Virus record (IMG/VR): IMGVR_UViG_3300028175_000001
Strand: one strand, 5' to 3'
Source of the DNA: a virus
Taxonomy: Duplodnaviria; Caudoviricetes
DNA length: 64,000 nt
The notes under the pieces are model-generated. The model did no database searches. It was given only the letters and a program-made list of their open reading frames with translations, and had not been told where the DNA came from. Positions 50,630-59,551 of the stretch are shown in pieces (within the stretch, counting starts at the first letter, position 1; each line of letters opens with the position of its first letter). Made by a program: the position numbers and the translations under genes.

Positions 50630-50630
50630 A

Positions 50631-51407
50631 TCATTCGTATATAAAATGGTCTCTGCCTAAAGAAGGATCATTCCAAGTTGTTAAAATATGTTTATTCCAG
50701 ATATCATCCAATACAACAGAGTCTGTAGTGAAAAAATTCAAAAGTATATTAGTTAAAATTCTATGATTACAAAAAGACAAATGATTAGCCCTGTAATTAT
50801 GTTTATTGTCGTAATCTTTAAAATTAACAGATTCTTCTATGCTCACATGATATAGTGGTTTGATATGAATATTAAAATATTCATCATTTAATTTGCTCAA
50901 TTCATAAATTTCTTTAACATTAACATAATCATGAACCCCTGTCCTATTAAATCCAAAACATAAAAAAACCATGATCTTAATTTTTTTTAACTGCGATAAT
51001 ACCTTTAAAAAATAAATGTTTTTTATATTTGCTCTAAAAATTTCTTCTTTTAAAATTTTATGAGTAAATAAAATTTCATATTCTAAAGATTTTAAAACAG
51101 TATCTTTATCTCCTCTTAATACATCCAAACAAATGGGTTGATTATATAAATCTATCGGTAGTCTATATTGACAAGATAAAAAAAATATTACTTTATCGGT
51201 TATTTTTTTAGTTTCAAAACATTCATAAAAATCTTCAAATATCGTATATGGCCCCAACCCACCTTCTGCAAAAGTATGAACTTTTTCTCCTGTTTCGTTC
51301 TCCAAAATATCATACCACAAATCTCCTGTTTTCCCATTGAAATAATGGGGATCTTTTGGAGACCCATCTATTGTCGCAAAACTATCACCGAAAATAAAAT
51401 AAGTCAT
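50631..51407 (-). CDS. SGNH/GDSL hydrolase-like protein
   Basis: IFGDSFA..FAEGGLGP..ANHLSFCNH; ends FIYE. Confidence 0.65.
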   Translation of the reverse strand: MTYFIFGDSFATIDGSPKDPHYFNGKTGDLWYDILENETGEKVHTFAEGGLGPYTIFEDFYECFETKKITDKVIFFLSCQYRLPIDLYNQPICLDVLRGDKDTVLKSLEYEILFTHKILKEEIFRANIKNIYFLKVLSQLKKIKIMVFLCFGFNRTGVHDYVNVKEIYELSKLNDEYFNIHIKPLYHVSIEESVNFKDYDNKHNYRANHLSFCNHRILTNILLNFFTTDSVVLDDIWNKHILTTWNDPSLGRDHFIYE

Positions 51408-52231
51408 TCGTAAATATAATCCACCTTTTTAGTTAATTCATGATATTCATCTAAAAAATTAGACTTAAATTCTACCTTTGACCTTAAACCTTTTTCAAAA
51501 AAATCGATCATTGCTTTAGCTATTTTATTATGATTCACCTCACTAAAATGATTTAATCTGATATCGTTCATATAAATTTTTTCACCTTTTACAAACTTAT
51601 ATGTTACGGGTTCATCAAAATGACATTCTTCATGGTCATAAAATTCTTCTATTGTCAAAATATTAAAAGGATATTCGAAATAATAGAAATTTTTTGAATT
51701 TAAAATATTCAATTGATTATCATCATTAATAAATCCACCATTTGCTTCTTCAACCTTATCTATACCAAAAGTTAGAGCAACAAAAAATTTAGAATCTGGT
51801 AAAAAAAATTCAGACAAACAATATAATAAAAATAAATTTTTATAATTAGTTAGTCTCATTTCATTAGAATATGTTTTATAAAAAAAATCAACCCTTTTTT
51901 TATTCTCTTCTGATAAACTATCTGAGTACAAATACTGTAATCCCATATGCTTATCCTCTTCTGAAAGAAAATCAAAATCTATTCTTTCTGGGGCAGATAA
52001 AAGAAAAATAAATTTATCACCATTTAAATTGAACAACCCCTTTTTATCACCGCATAATTGCATAAATTTTTTAAACGTATAATCAGGACCCGAACCAGCT
52101 CGAGCAAAATTTACCAACTCTTCATCAAAATACTTCGAAACCTGACGATAATAAAGATACTCTGTTTCTTTATAACCCTTTCCGGTAGGTGCTGATCCAA
52201 AACTATCTCCAAATAGATATATCATGTTCAA
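51404..52231 (-). CDS. SGNH/GDSL hydrolase-like protein
   Basis: LFGDSFG..FARAGSGP..LNHFSEVNH; ends YIYE. Confidence 0.65.
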   Translation of the reverse strand: MNMIYLFGDSFGSAPTGKGYKETEYLYYRQVSKYFDEELVNFARAGSGPDYTFKKFMQLCGDKKGLFNLNGDKFIFLLSAPERIDFDFLSEEDKHMGLQYLYSDSLSEENKKRVDFFYKTYSNEMRLTNYKNLFLLYCLSEFFLPDSKFFVALTFGIDKVEEANGGFINDDNQLNILNSKNFYYFEYPFNILTIEEFYDHEECHFDEPVTYKFVKGEKIYMNDIRLNHFSEVNHNKIAKAMIDFFEKGLRSKVEFKSNFLDEYHELTKKVDYIYE

Positions 52232-52551
52232 TATTCATTATATTTTTGTAATAAGCATTGTTTTTTACAACATTGCGGAGTTGTTTCTAATTTTTGCCAT
52301 TTCTCAACTGTAATATATTCTCTAAATGTTTTTATTATTTCGTCTATTGAATGATGTTTTAAAGAATTCCAATTCTTAGGTAATCCATCCAAATATTCAT
52401 CATAAAAAGTTCCATCTAAAAAATGAAATGCATGAAGAGTGCAACAAGGATATACGTGTAAATCACTAGAAATTTCTATTTCGGTCCAGTCATTAACAAT
52501 AAGCCCTCGATCTCCATGGTTTATACAATACACTACTCTTTCCATGTGCAA
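52228..52551 (-). CDS. Stand-alone twitch/SPASM-like Fe-S domain
   Basis: YC..ISSDLHVYPCC..NSLKHHSIDEII..CCKKQC; homologous to the C-terminal domain of subfamily A rSAMs. Confidence 0.75.
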   Translation of the reverse strand: MHMERVVYCINHGDRGLIVNDWTEIEISSDLHVYPCCTLHAFHFLDGTFYDEYLDGLPKNWNSLKHHSIDEIIKTFREYITVEKWQKLETTPQCCKKQCLLQKYNEY

Positions 52552-52817
52552 TTATCTTTACATAAAGGGGGACAGTTATCACTATTCCAAACATCTTCAT
52601 TTAAAACCTCTTTAAATTGTTTTAAAATATTTTCTAACTTATTAGTTTTAAGCGAAGTATCAATATGAATTAATACAGTTTCATTTATAATTTTATCTAG
52701 ACCAATGCCTAGTTTATTTAAATAAAAAAAACAACATGGATATATATTCAGACCCAAATCTATTTCATATTGTTTCCATTGTTTTAACTCATAATTATAG
52801 AAATCACAGTTTATCAT
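52533..52817 (-). CDS. Stand-alone twitch/SPASM-like Fe-S domain
   Basis: NC..IDLGLNIYPCC..SLKTNKLENIL..CPPLCKDNC. Confidence 0.75.
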   Translation of the reverse strand: MINCDFYNYELKQWKQYEIDLGLNIYPCCFFYLNKLGIGLDKIINETVLIHIDTSLKTNKLENILKQFKEVLNEDVWNSDNCPPLCKDNCTWKE

Positions 52818-53509
52818 AGATTAACATAGTTACATTGATGATCTTTTACATCATATTTGTTTAAAATATTTTTCAATTTAATTAAATTTTTTTCTGTTAT
52901 TTTTAAACAATCTCTCTCATTAATTCTCACCTGCAATTTTATGTTTTTTTCTCTAGCTAATGCTATAACCTGTTCCACTTCTTGAAAATTATGATCAAAT
53001 ACTGTAAAATCCCATTTTGTAACACGTTGTTTGGCGGATTTAAACATATTAGCAAAAGCAAGACTGGTATTAACACCTATTCTATATAATTTATTTGTTT
53101 CATGTGTTAAACCATCAATAGCAAACACTAAAAATAACTTTTTATTTTTTTGTAAAAAAGAATTAATCCATTCGGGAGTTTTTAATCCACCATTCGTATA
53201 CAATTCTACTCGATCAAAAAAATTTGAAGCTGATATAACCAATTGATCTATTTTCGGATGCAGTAAAGGATCACCCAATTCTCCGCAAAACTTCGCAACA
53301 ATATTATCAGATAGTCTTATGTTTTTTAAATATTTTACATTTTCCCACAGAAAATTATCAAAATCATCTATTGACAAATGTTTTAATTTTAAATTTTTAT
53401 CAATAGTTCTAAAACAACTTGGGCATTTAGCATTACAATATGATGTTATTTCAAAATTAAATAAAATGAATCTTTGTGCTTTATATCCATCTACGTGTAC
53501 AACCTCCAT
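52814..53509 (-). CDS. Radical SAM core (subfamily A) lacking the C-terminal twitch
   Basis: EITSYCNAKCPSC; CGELGDP; TNGG; FAIDG; FDHN; stops after the barrel. Confidence 0.88.
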   Translation of the reverse strand: MEVVHVDGYKAQRFILFNFEITSYCNAKCPSCFRTIDKNLKLKHLSIDDFDNFLWENVKYLKNIRLSDNIVAKFCGELGDPLLHPKIDQLVISASNFFDRVELYTNGGLKTPEWINSFLQKNKKLFLVFAIDGLTHETNKLYRIGVNTSLAFANMFKSAKQRVTKWDFTVFDHNFQEVEQVIALAREKNIKLQVRINERDCLKITEKNLIKLKNILNKYDVKDHQCNYVNL

Positions 53510-54228
53510 TAATTACCCAGAGTAAGAGTGCTTACTCCCCCCTCATGTTTATGTTTTTCGTATAAATAGGTAGCCATACGTTTTCGCTTTTCGTTTATAA
53601 GAAATTTTGGTCTTTGATTAAATTTTAAATGAATAGTTATATTATTAGTTTTCGCAAACGACAATGCATCAGGAATTTCGAAAAAATTATGATTAAAAAT
53701 TAAAAATTGCCAATAAGTATTGACCCAACCGTTTTTTGTATTAGCAAAAGCGGCCATATTTGATAAAGCCCGTTCCGTCCTTACTCTTCTTCGATATATT
53801 TGATTAGTGTCATCTTTCATACCATCTATTGAAAAAATCATTTCTAAATTTTTATACCGTGTACCGAGTTCTTTATAAAAATCAGATTTTCTATTTCCAC
53901 CGTTTGTAACAATTTTTAAAGTTCCGAAAATAGAACATCCATAATCAATAAATTTCATAACTTGAGGATGAACCATAGCATCACCCAATTCCCCCTCAAA
54001 AGTAACCACATATCCTTTAAAATTATGCATGTTTTTCTCAATAACCTCCTTAAAATCCTCAAATTTTATATGTAATTGTCTTAAACTGGGATGTAATTTT
54101 TGATTTGGATCCACAGATGAATCCAGAGGAATAGGATCAGAATATGTTCCATATCTTTTACAAGAAGGACATGCCGCATTACAATAACTTGAAATTGAAA
54201 AATCATAAATAATATTTTTATTAATCAT
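53509..54228 (-). CDS. Radical SAM core (subfamily A) lacking the C-terminal twitch
   Basis: SISSYCNAACPSC; EGELGDA; TNGG; FSIDG; QFLIFNHN. Confidence 0.88.
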   Translation of the reverse strand: MINKNIIYDFSISSYCNAACPSCKRYGTYSDPIPLDSSVDPNQKLHPSLRQLHIKFEDFKEVIEKNMHNFKGYVVTFEGELGDAMVHPQVMKFIDYGCSIFGTLKIVTNGGNRKSDFYKELGTRYKNLEMIFSIDGMKDDTNQIYRRRVRTERALSNMAAFANTKNGWVNTYWQFLIFNHNFFEIPDALSFAKTNNITIHLKFNQRPKFLINEKRKRMATYLYEKHKHEGGVSTLTLGN

Positions 54229-54238
54229 ACAGTATATA

Positions 54239-54883
54239 TTATGAATAATTATTTCTAAGCTCTATAAACTTATCAATCCAATTATCCCTATGTTCAATAA
54301 AAACTTGTGGCACGTCATCTGCTACAGCAATAATTATTGCAATATAGGGTATAGGTATACCCGACATTTCTTCCCACATAACAGAATAAGCAGAACATTG
54401 CATAAAATAATTATCAATCCATTCTTCTTTTTTGGGTTTACTAGAAGTCTTAAAATCGATTATGTGATTTTTTCCACGAAATTTACCAATACAATCAACT
54501 CTTCCAGCGGTTTTTAAATGATTTGAAAATAATGCACGTTCTTGCCCATAAACCAATTCTATTTCATCAAGAATTGGTTGAATACTTTTAAACATAACAA
54601 CATTATCAGGTGTACATTTGTCAAATGACAAATCATTATTTAAATAATTTTCACAAAGTTTATGGACTCTTGTTCCACGACGAGAAGCTTGAGTGGAAAT
54701 TTTATTGGCTTCTTTTTCTCCAACACGCTTTCTCCATTTAATTATACCTTCTTTTTTATAATTAGAAAGTATAGTAGTGACGGAAGGATACTTTTCACCA
54801 GCAGGAGTAATATAATATCTTTTTCCGTTTTCATTTAACGTTTTTAAGTCTAAATCTCCAAAAACATTTTCATGTATAAACAT
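54239..54883 (-). CDS. PD-(D/E)XK exonuclease typical of T4-like phages
   Basis: YPSVTTIL..WRKRVG..RGTRVH..AGRVDCI..IIDFKTS..YFMQCSAY. Confidence 0.88.
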   Translation of the reverse strand: MFIHENVFGDLDLKTLNENGKRYYITPAGEKYPSVTTILSNYKKEGIIKWRKRVGEKEANKISTQASRRGTRVHKLCENYLNNDLSFDKCTPDNVVMFKSIQPILDEIELVYGQERALFSNHLKTAGRVDCIGKFRGKNHIIDFKTSSKPKKEEWIDNYFMQCSAYSVMWEEMSGIPIPYIAIIIAVADDVPQVFIEHRDNWIDKFIELRNNYS

Positions 54884-55170
54884 TATTCAATTACATTGAG
54901 GGTGCTACCATGATGTGCATTTTTTATTTCTTTTAACTTATCATTAAAAGAAGCATCTGGTTTATTGGGTCCTATATTATCATAAGCAAATCCTGGAGCA
55001 AAAATTCTCAGCTTAATATCACATTTTACACCACTTGAATGTGATGAACCCTTTACCTTACATTCGGGATGAGGTTGAGAACGAATTAACGGCTCTTTTC
55101 TCATATCAATAGGTAAAAACTCTTCAAAGGTTAACCCGCATTTAACACATTCGTAATCATACGTTGGCAT
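54883..55170 (-). CDS. FmdB-like zinc-ribbon protein
   Basis: MPTYDYECVKCG..FE.. second Cys site (PECK). Confidence 0.75.
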   Translation of the reverse strand: MPTYDYECVKCGLTFEEFLPIDMRKEPLIRSQPHPECKVKGSSHSSGVKCDIKLRIFAPGFAYDNIGPNKPDASFNDKLKEIKNAHHGSTLNVIE

Positions 55171-55200
55171 AATATTATTCCTTATTAAAACACAAAATTA

Positions 55201-55917
55201 TCAAACGAATTCCATGTTTTTTGACATTGACATATATTGTTGTTTAGTATTAATAAATTGAACTGAATCGTTATCTAATATCACACTAATATTATCAAGC
55301 TGTTTAGGAATAACATTATCAAATAAACACATATCTTTATTTCCGATTACATTAAATATCATTGGATTTAAATAACACGCTCCTGATGTTGCTAAAAGCT
55401 GTTTATTCAATTTATATTCGGGCTTAACTATAATTTTTTCTATTTTATCAGAACCGTTTTTATATTTAATGAAATTTTTATATTTACCATCTTCCATGGT
55501 CATATGTGACAAAATAGAAATTATTTTTCCATTATTTTTATGAACATTATAATAATTTTCTATATCAAAATTATATAAATTGTCACCATCCAAAAATAAA
55601 AAATCTCCTCCATCTAATTTATGACTTAATGATTTTAAAGTTTGAGCTGTTCCTACACATTTAGAAAGTTTATGTGTATTAATTTTTAAATCTGATGAAA
55701 ACAATATTTCAATTTGATATTTATTTAATGCTAATTCAATTTGATTGTGATGATATTTTGTCGCAACAATTACTTCATCAATATCATATTTTTGCAACCA
55801 TTCAAGATTGTGAAATAGAATCGATTTCGTTTTTATTGACAATAAACACTTTGGCATCATATCTGTAAAGGGCCGTAACTCTATATTCATGCCAGTACAA
55901 TTCATCAATACTTTCAT
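55201..55917 (-). CDS. Sugar-1-phosphate nucleotidyltransferase-like protein with a degenerate signature
   Basis: LRPFTDMMPKCLLSI..GTAQTL..FLFLDGDNL..SGACYL; the GGxGTR loop is replaced by CTGMNIE. Confidence 0.7.
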   Translation of the reverse strand: MKVLMNCTGMNIELRPFTDMMPKCLLSIKTKSILFHNLEWLQKYDIDEVIVATKYHHNQIELALNKYQIEILFSSDLKINTHKLSKCVGTAQTLKSLSHKLDGGDFLFLDGDNLYNFDIENYYNVHKNNGKIISILSHMTMEDGKYKNFIKYKNGSDKIEKIIVKPEYKLNKQLLATSGACYLNPMIFNVIGNKDMCLFDNVIPKQLDNISVILDNDSVQFINTKQQYMSMSKNMEFV

Positions 55918-56462
55918 TTTTTAGATTTCTCATTATTCTTAGGTATTGATTTTTCAGTTTTCGAAAAACGGCCCTGATTATCTCTTTCGGGTTCGGGACT
56001 GGGTTGTTGAACTCCCTCCGGGAAAGAGTTATAAGCCACACTATGAGTAATTTTATCATATTTTTCTTGAAGTTTTTTATCCTTCATATACCAAAGATCA
56101 TCAGCTTCAGAAGGATGCAACGAGCTAACTAATGAATGCCAAAGGGTTTCTCGCTTTAAGCTAGTCAAAGTTGGATGTCCGCCCTCGACAAATAAATACA
56201 TTTTTCTTACTTCATAATTCAATGTAGCACCATCATCATTAGCTCCCAAATTTGGGAAATAACTATTTTGCGGTTCAAAGTCTTCCGTTCTTAAAGTTGG
56301 TCGACCTTCAGGAAGAAGGAATTTTATATCTGAATTAAAATTACATATTAACAGTTGTCGTACTGCCTTAGTGTGGTGATGCCGTAAATAATTAATACGT
56401 TCTTCATCTGTAGATAACTCATTTGCATGAGAAAAAATCTCGCTTGTCATTTGTGCAGTCAT
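55914..56462 (-). CDS. Conserved T4-like phage hypothetical protein (DUF6433-like)
   Basis: IKFLLPEG.P..LYLFVEGG..KRETL....L..LHP.EA pattern recalled from T4-like phages, next to rnh. Confidence 0.65.
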   Translation of the reverse strand: MTAQMTSEIFSHANELSTDEERINYLRHHHTKAVRQLLICNFNSDIKFLLPEGRPTLRTEDFEPQNSYFPNLGANDDGATLNYEVRKMYLFVEGGHPTLTSLKRETLWHSLVSSLHPSEADDLWYMKDKKLQEKYDKITHSVAYNSFPEGVQQPSPEPERDNQGRFSKTEKSIPKNNEKSKK

Positions 56463-56471
56463 AATATTCTC

Positions 56472-57377
56472 CTAAAATTCATTTATTTGCTCCATTAAGA
56501 TTTTAAGTTTATGTTTTATAAAATAATTAAAAAGTTTAGATCTACCAACTTCGGGTAAATTATCATATTCATCTACAATATTGGTTTGCAACCATTCAGG
56601 TATTTTAGTCAAATCTATCAACATTTCATTTCTACGATAATTACGTAACTGTTCACCTTCGCAAAAAGCATCAGGGTCAAGTTCAGACCAAACTGATACT
56701 TTTTTCTTCAATATGGGGGTTTGTCTTTTATCGGTAACAAACGTGTCGTCGGAAGACATAAAATTAGGAACACCATCGGTTGCATCACCCCTCAATATAT
56801 GCTCTCTTAAAAAATTAACCGGATTATCACTATTGAGATATTTTTTAGAGAGGGGCGAATATTGAGTTACATTTTCATATTTTTGTAATTGAATAAAATC
56901 TTTATCACTTGATAATATTAAAACGGGTTCTGGAACAAAAAATAATTCTTCAATAGATGTAACAACTGCATCAGAATCATGACCATCTTTCAATTTACTC
57001 GTTTTCTTTTCTCGAAACATTACAAGAGTAGCAATAATATCATCTGCCTCTGCTTTATCTATATATACAACTTTATAAGGAAAATTTTCACTTAACTCTT
57101 CTCGAATTTTATGTAATATTCTATACAATTCAGACCAATCAAAATCAGATTTATCTTTTATTATTTTTCTATTAGCTTTATAATATTTAAATACATCTTT
57201 TCGCCAATTATTTCTCGCATCACAGCAAACAACTAAGTTACCGTATTCCTCGTTAAATTTATGATGATACATTCTTATAGTATTTAATACTGTATGTCTG
57301 ACATAATCTTCAGACATTAGTTTTTTATTCATCATCACATTTGCAATAACGATTTGCGAATAATCAAGTAATATCAT
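56472..57377 (-). CDS. rnh: T4-type RNase H (FEN/5'-3' exonuclease family)
   Basis: MILLDYSQI..VVCCD..WRK..YKANR..EADDIIA..ILSSDKDFIQL..GDATDGVPN. Confidence 0.93.
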   Translation of the reverse strand: MILLDYSQIVIANVMMNKKLMSEDYVRHTVLNTIRMYHHKFNEEYGNLVVCCDARNNWRKDVFKYYKANRKIIKDKSDFDWSELYRILHKIREELSENFPYKVVYIDKAEADDIIATLVMFREKKTSKLKDGHDSDAVVTSIEELFFVPEPVLILSSDKDFIQLQKYENVTQYSPLSKKYLNSDNPVNFLREHILRGDATDGVPNFMSSDDTFVTDKRQTPILKKKVSVWSELDPDAFCEGEQLRNYRRNEMLIDLTKIPEWLQTNIVDEYDNLPEVGRSKLFNYFIKHKLKILMEQINEF

Positions 57378-58546
57378 TTTATAATTTTAAGAAGTATAGT
57401 TTCATTATTAATACGACCAGTTAAATCTTTTTCTTTAGACTTAATAGAATCATATTGTCGTTTAATCACCAGTTTACTTCCAGAAAGTATCTTTGTTAAT
57501 ATACTTTCTGGTTTTCTTAATGTTTTACATTTAGAAAGGGTTAAATTGAATCCTTGAATAGTGCTTCCTTTTACAGATAGACCAGCAGGCCCATCGGATT
57601 TATACATACCAAGTTTACGATACTTTGAATTAAATACATACAATTGATCAGCACCAATAATTTCAGAAGGATTAATTGATACTATTTTATACTCATCATC
57701 TTGTTTTTTATACTTCAATTTGGAAATTTGTTTAATAATTGAAACTTGTTTTTTCTTTCGTGGAAGTTTTTGACTGTTAACATTGGCGGAATATCGTTCA
57801 CAGTCATTAATAATTGCGTGTATAAACTTACCATATTCAATAAATTGGTTCTTCGTCATGTTGGCATAAGATTCTGCTACATAGTCATCTGTTGATACCA
57901 ATTCTAGTTCTTTTAAATACGGCTGAAATTCATTTGATATTTTTTTAGCAATTAATCCTTTAATTCCTTTCTTAACCAACCAATCATATGTGCTTATGGT
58001 CGACTCATAATTATTATCAATGAAGTCATCTATGGTACCTTCTAGTTCAGTAGCATAGTGAACTACTTGTTCTCTTATATGATCTTGTATTGATGGTTTG
58101 TTATCTCCATTAGTTTCTTTTTCTTCAACTTTTTTCTGAACAACAACAGAACCATTTCGCTTACAAAATTCTATATAAGATTTAATTGTTTTTACATATT
58201 TTTCTGGAAGAGTTTCAAAACCTCTCAATACCATTCTTCCAAGAAATCCAGCAGTTCTTAAATTAATAATTGTTGAACCTTCAATAAAAACACCAGACTT
58301 CCCCCAGGAAGAAAGTTTAACATGTAGAGTATCTTCTTTAGAATATCCAGCATGTTTCATATAATCAATCAACCAACGTTTAGCTTGGTCTGCTTCACAA
58401 AAATGCGAATACCAATTCAATCCAGTCGCAATATCAATCCACTTAGATTTATCATCGAAGACGGGTTCGGAATCCTTCTGTAATTTATCAAAAGCTTTTC
58501 TTGAACTAATAAAGGTATTAACTTTTTTTGATTTCTTTAGCGGCAT
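57374..58546 (-). CDS. Conserved hypothetical T4-like phage protein
   Basis: 390 aa; LNWYS..A..WL N-terminus and GLSVKG..I.GF..S..KTLRKP..LTGRIN C-terminus; lies in the core block. Confidence 0.7.
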   Translation of the reverse strand: MPLKKSKKVNTFISSRKAFDKLQKDSEPVFDDKSKWIDIATGLNWYSHFCEADQAKRWLIDYMKHAGYSKEDTLHVKLSSWGKSGVFIEGSTIINLRTAGFLGRMVLRGFETLPEKYVKTIKSYIEFCKRNGSVVVQKKVEEKETNGDNKPSIQDHIREQVVHYATELEGTIDDFIDNNYESTISTYDWLVKKGIKGLIAKKISNEFQPYLKELELVSTDDYVAESYANMTKNQFIEYGKFIHAIINDCERYSANVNSQKLPRKKKQVSIIKQISKLKYKKQDDEYKIVSINPSEIIGADQLYVFNSKYRKLGMYKSDGPAGLSVKGSTIQGFNLTLSKCKTLRKPESILTKILSGSKLVIKRQYDSIKSKEKDLTGRINNETILLKIIK

Positions 58547-59504
58547 AATCTAAGTCATATGTTAAGTTATCGAGAAAATCAGTCCATTGGTCAATTCGCT
58601 TATCCCAACTATAATGAGTATGTGAATATTCCACTGCATTATCAAGATTTTTTTGAACATCTTTTGTCCAGTATATATCCATTACATCTTCAAGTTCATC
58701 AGCAAATTTTTCAGCATGTTTATTTTTATTTTCTGTATAATTATACATGTACGCAAACTCGCCACATGTTTCGGGTAAAGCGCCCCAATTAGAAGTAACA
58801 ATTGCACAATGAGCAGACATTGCTTCCATGGCAACTCTGCATGAAGTTTCTTGCCAAGTAGACGGATAGGCCAATATATGCATATTTTTCCAGTGGTTTC
58901 TCATTTCATCGTAAGGAACTGCTCCATAATACGTCACTCTTGGGTCCGATTCGCACTTTTCAAATAAATGTTTATAGGGTTCATCGTTTTGCTTCCATCC
59001 ATACAAACTATAACTAGAAAAAACATGTAAATGAAAATCAGTCCTATCAATTAAATCCAAGGAGGCCATAAGCACATCAAGACCTCGTTGAGGAGTTGAT
59101 GCGTATACTAATTGAAGATCCTTTGTTTCAGATTTTTGGTGTTTAGGAATAGGAACAATAGCATTTTTAATCACTTCACCACGTTCATATGGTATTTTTA
59201 ATAATGTATTAAACTGCTGTTGTTGCCAGTGACTAACGAAAACTAATTTATCAAACAGGTCTATTGATGGAGTTGTTAGTAAAGAATGAACGGGATCTAA
59301 TGCAAGATCATGTAACCAATAAATCCTACGTTTATTTTCTTCTATATCATTAACTCTTGAAACAATAAATTGAAATTTATCTTTATATTCTTGAGACAAT
59401 CTGCGGAATAATTCCATTGAAAGAAGTTCTGTCCCGCCTAAAGAATTTTCAGCAAGATTCCCTTTTTCGTGTTGAGGTATTTTTACATCTACATTATCAA
59501 GCAT
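58518..59504 (-). CDS. GT4-like glycosyltransferase
   Basis: GGTEL..WLHD..VFVSHWQ..YASTPQRGL..YPSTWQETSCRVAMEAM. Confidence 0.85.
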   Translation of the reverse strand: MLDNVDVKIPQHEKGNLAENSLGGTELLSMELFRRLSQEYKDKFQFIVSRVNDIEENKRRIYWLHDLALDPVHSLLTTPSIDLFDKLVFVSHWQQQQFNTLLKIPYERGEVIKNAIVPIPKHQKSETKDLQLVYASTPQRGLDVLMASLDLIDRTDFHLHVFSSYSLYGWKQNDEPYKHLFEKCESDPRVTYYGAVPYDEMRNHWKNMHILAYPSTWQETSCRVAMEAMSAHCAIVTSNWGALPETCGEFAYMYNYTENKNKHAEKFADELEDVMDIYWTKDVQKNLDNAVEYSHTHYSWDKRIDQWTDFLDNLTYDLDYAAKEIKKS

Positions 59505-59551
59505 AATTCACCTTTATATTCAAAACAATTGACCTTCCACAAACAAGATCA

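Noticed and set aside
54239-54883. Cas4 / CRISPR-associated nuclease
   Set aside because: It lacks the Cas4 Fe-S cysteine cluster, has no array or cas neighbours, and matches the common T4-like PD-(D/E)XK exonuclease pattern.
149-58792. The many 60-112 aa plus-strand ORFs (e.g. 149, 2772, 7688, 9122, 46119, 58559) and nested short minus-strand ORFs (13692, 23849, 24155, 31637, 55802)
   Set aside because: They lie within or antisense to longer motif-bearing minus-strand genes, have no motifs, and are expected by chance.
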